From positions 2,806 to 66,805 of the IMG/VR virus record IMGVR_UViG_3300047548_000297: 64,000 nucleotides of DNA; one strand, given 5' to 3'. The DNA is from a virus. Positions 63,552-64,000 of this stretch are shown piece by piece; the first letter of the stretch is position 1, and each line of letters opens with the position of its first letter. Made by a program: the position numbers and the translations under genes. The notes beneath the pieces were generated by a model, which saw nothing but the letters and a program-made list of their open reading frames with translations, had not been told where the DNA came from and made no database searches.

Positions 63552-64000
63552 ATGCGTGATTTAACTCCGGGGCTTATGACCAATTCTCTTGGTGCAGTTC
63601 AGGCTGCATTTGATTCAGGAACTGCAGGAGAAAAGAGTACTTTTCAATCCTCGGTGTCAGGGGATCTGAAGGCCAACGAAATCGCCTTCATCGGTGATTC
63701 ACGCACCCGCTACGGCCTGCGAAACTGGTACAAGGGCGCCACCGCCACGACCAATATCACTGCGCTGCCGATCGACTACCTTGGTACCGCTGGCGTCGGG
63801 GTGAATGCGGACACGACGGGGCTGCTGGAATACCGGGCGTTGGACAAGCACGTGCGTTGGATAACGGCCATTGCCGGCGACACTCAAGGCTCTTGGACCC
63901 CGCTGCAGCTCGGCCGGATGACGGTCGAGTCCGGTGGTGCCGGACGGGGCCTGACGATGGTAGTTCGCTCGCTTGCGACGATGCCCAGCACGGATGTCAC
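63552..64000 (+). CDS. probable tail spike with SGNH/GDSL esterase block I (3'-truncated by window edge)
   Basis: Open frame MRDLTPG...FQSSVSGDLKANEIAFIGDSRT... runs to the window end. Not in the ORF track. Confidence 0.75.
   Translation, partial: MRDLTPGLMTNSLGAVQAAFDSGTAGEKSTFQSSVSGDLKANEIAFIGDSRTRYGLRNWYKGATATTNITALPIDYLGTAGVGVNADTTGLLEYRALDKHVRWITAIAGDTQGSWTPLQLGRMTVESGGAGRGLTMVVRSLATMPSTDV

Noticed and set aside
1-64000. Stop-codon reassignment (TAG recoding), suggested by the abundance of TAG/CTAG
   Set aside because: Genes are full length under the standard code, and several end at TAG right beside the next gene (e.g. 1677, 16609).

Overview
This window is a 64-kb internal slice of a large, AT-rich lytic myovirus genome, probably a jumbo phage. 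The gene set recalls RSL1/Lu11/PaBG-type phages, but that is from memory and unverified. From 1 to 20.2 kb (+ strand) lie replication, recombination and nucleotide-metabolism genes: primase C-terminus, J-domain protein, zincin, nrdB, intein-containing nrdA, SWIM protein, sigma70-like factor, dimeric dUTPase, SSB, RecA, SbcD/SbcC, clamp loader, Cas4-like nuclease and 5'-3' exonuclease. From 20.3 to 51.7 kb (- strand) is the virion module: scaffold, decoration protein, major capsid, sheath, tube, chaperone, tape measure, baseplate and two long fibres, with a type IB topoisomerase embedded between baseplate and fibre genes. From 51.9 to 64 kb are an endolysin, extra fibre/spike genes, a Dda-like helicase, small accessory genes and a spike gene that switches abruptly to high GC. 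The strongest leads are: (1) a late-expressed TopIB that may be virion-packaged and protease-processed; (2) a prfB-like CTT-TGA-C +1 frameshift signal in the tail chaperone; (3) two recurrent promoter-like motifs, ACTGTTAA followed by a hairpin, and CAATTT; (4) tandem Gp49-family candidate nucleotide-signal sponges; (5) near-identical palindromes bracketing the structural block; (6) strong CTA/CTAG enrichment. All calls come from motif recognition by eye; no searches were run.
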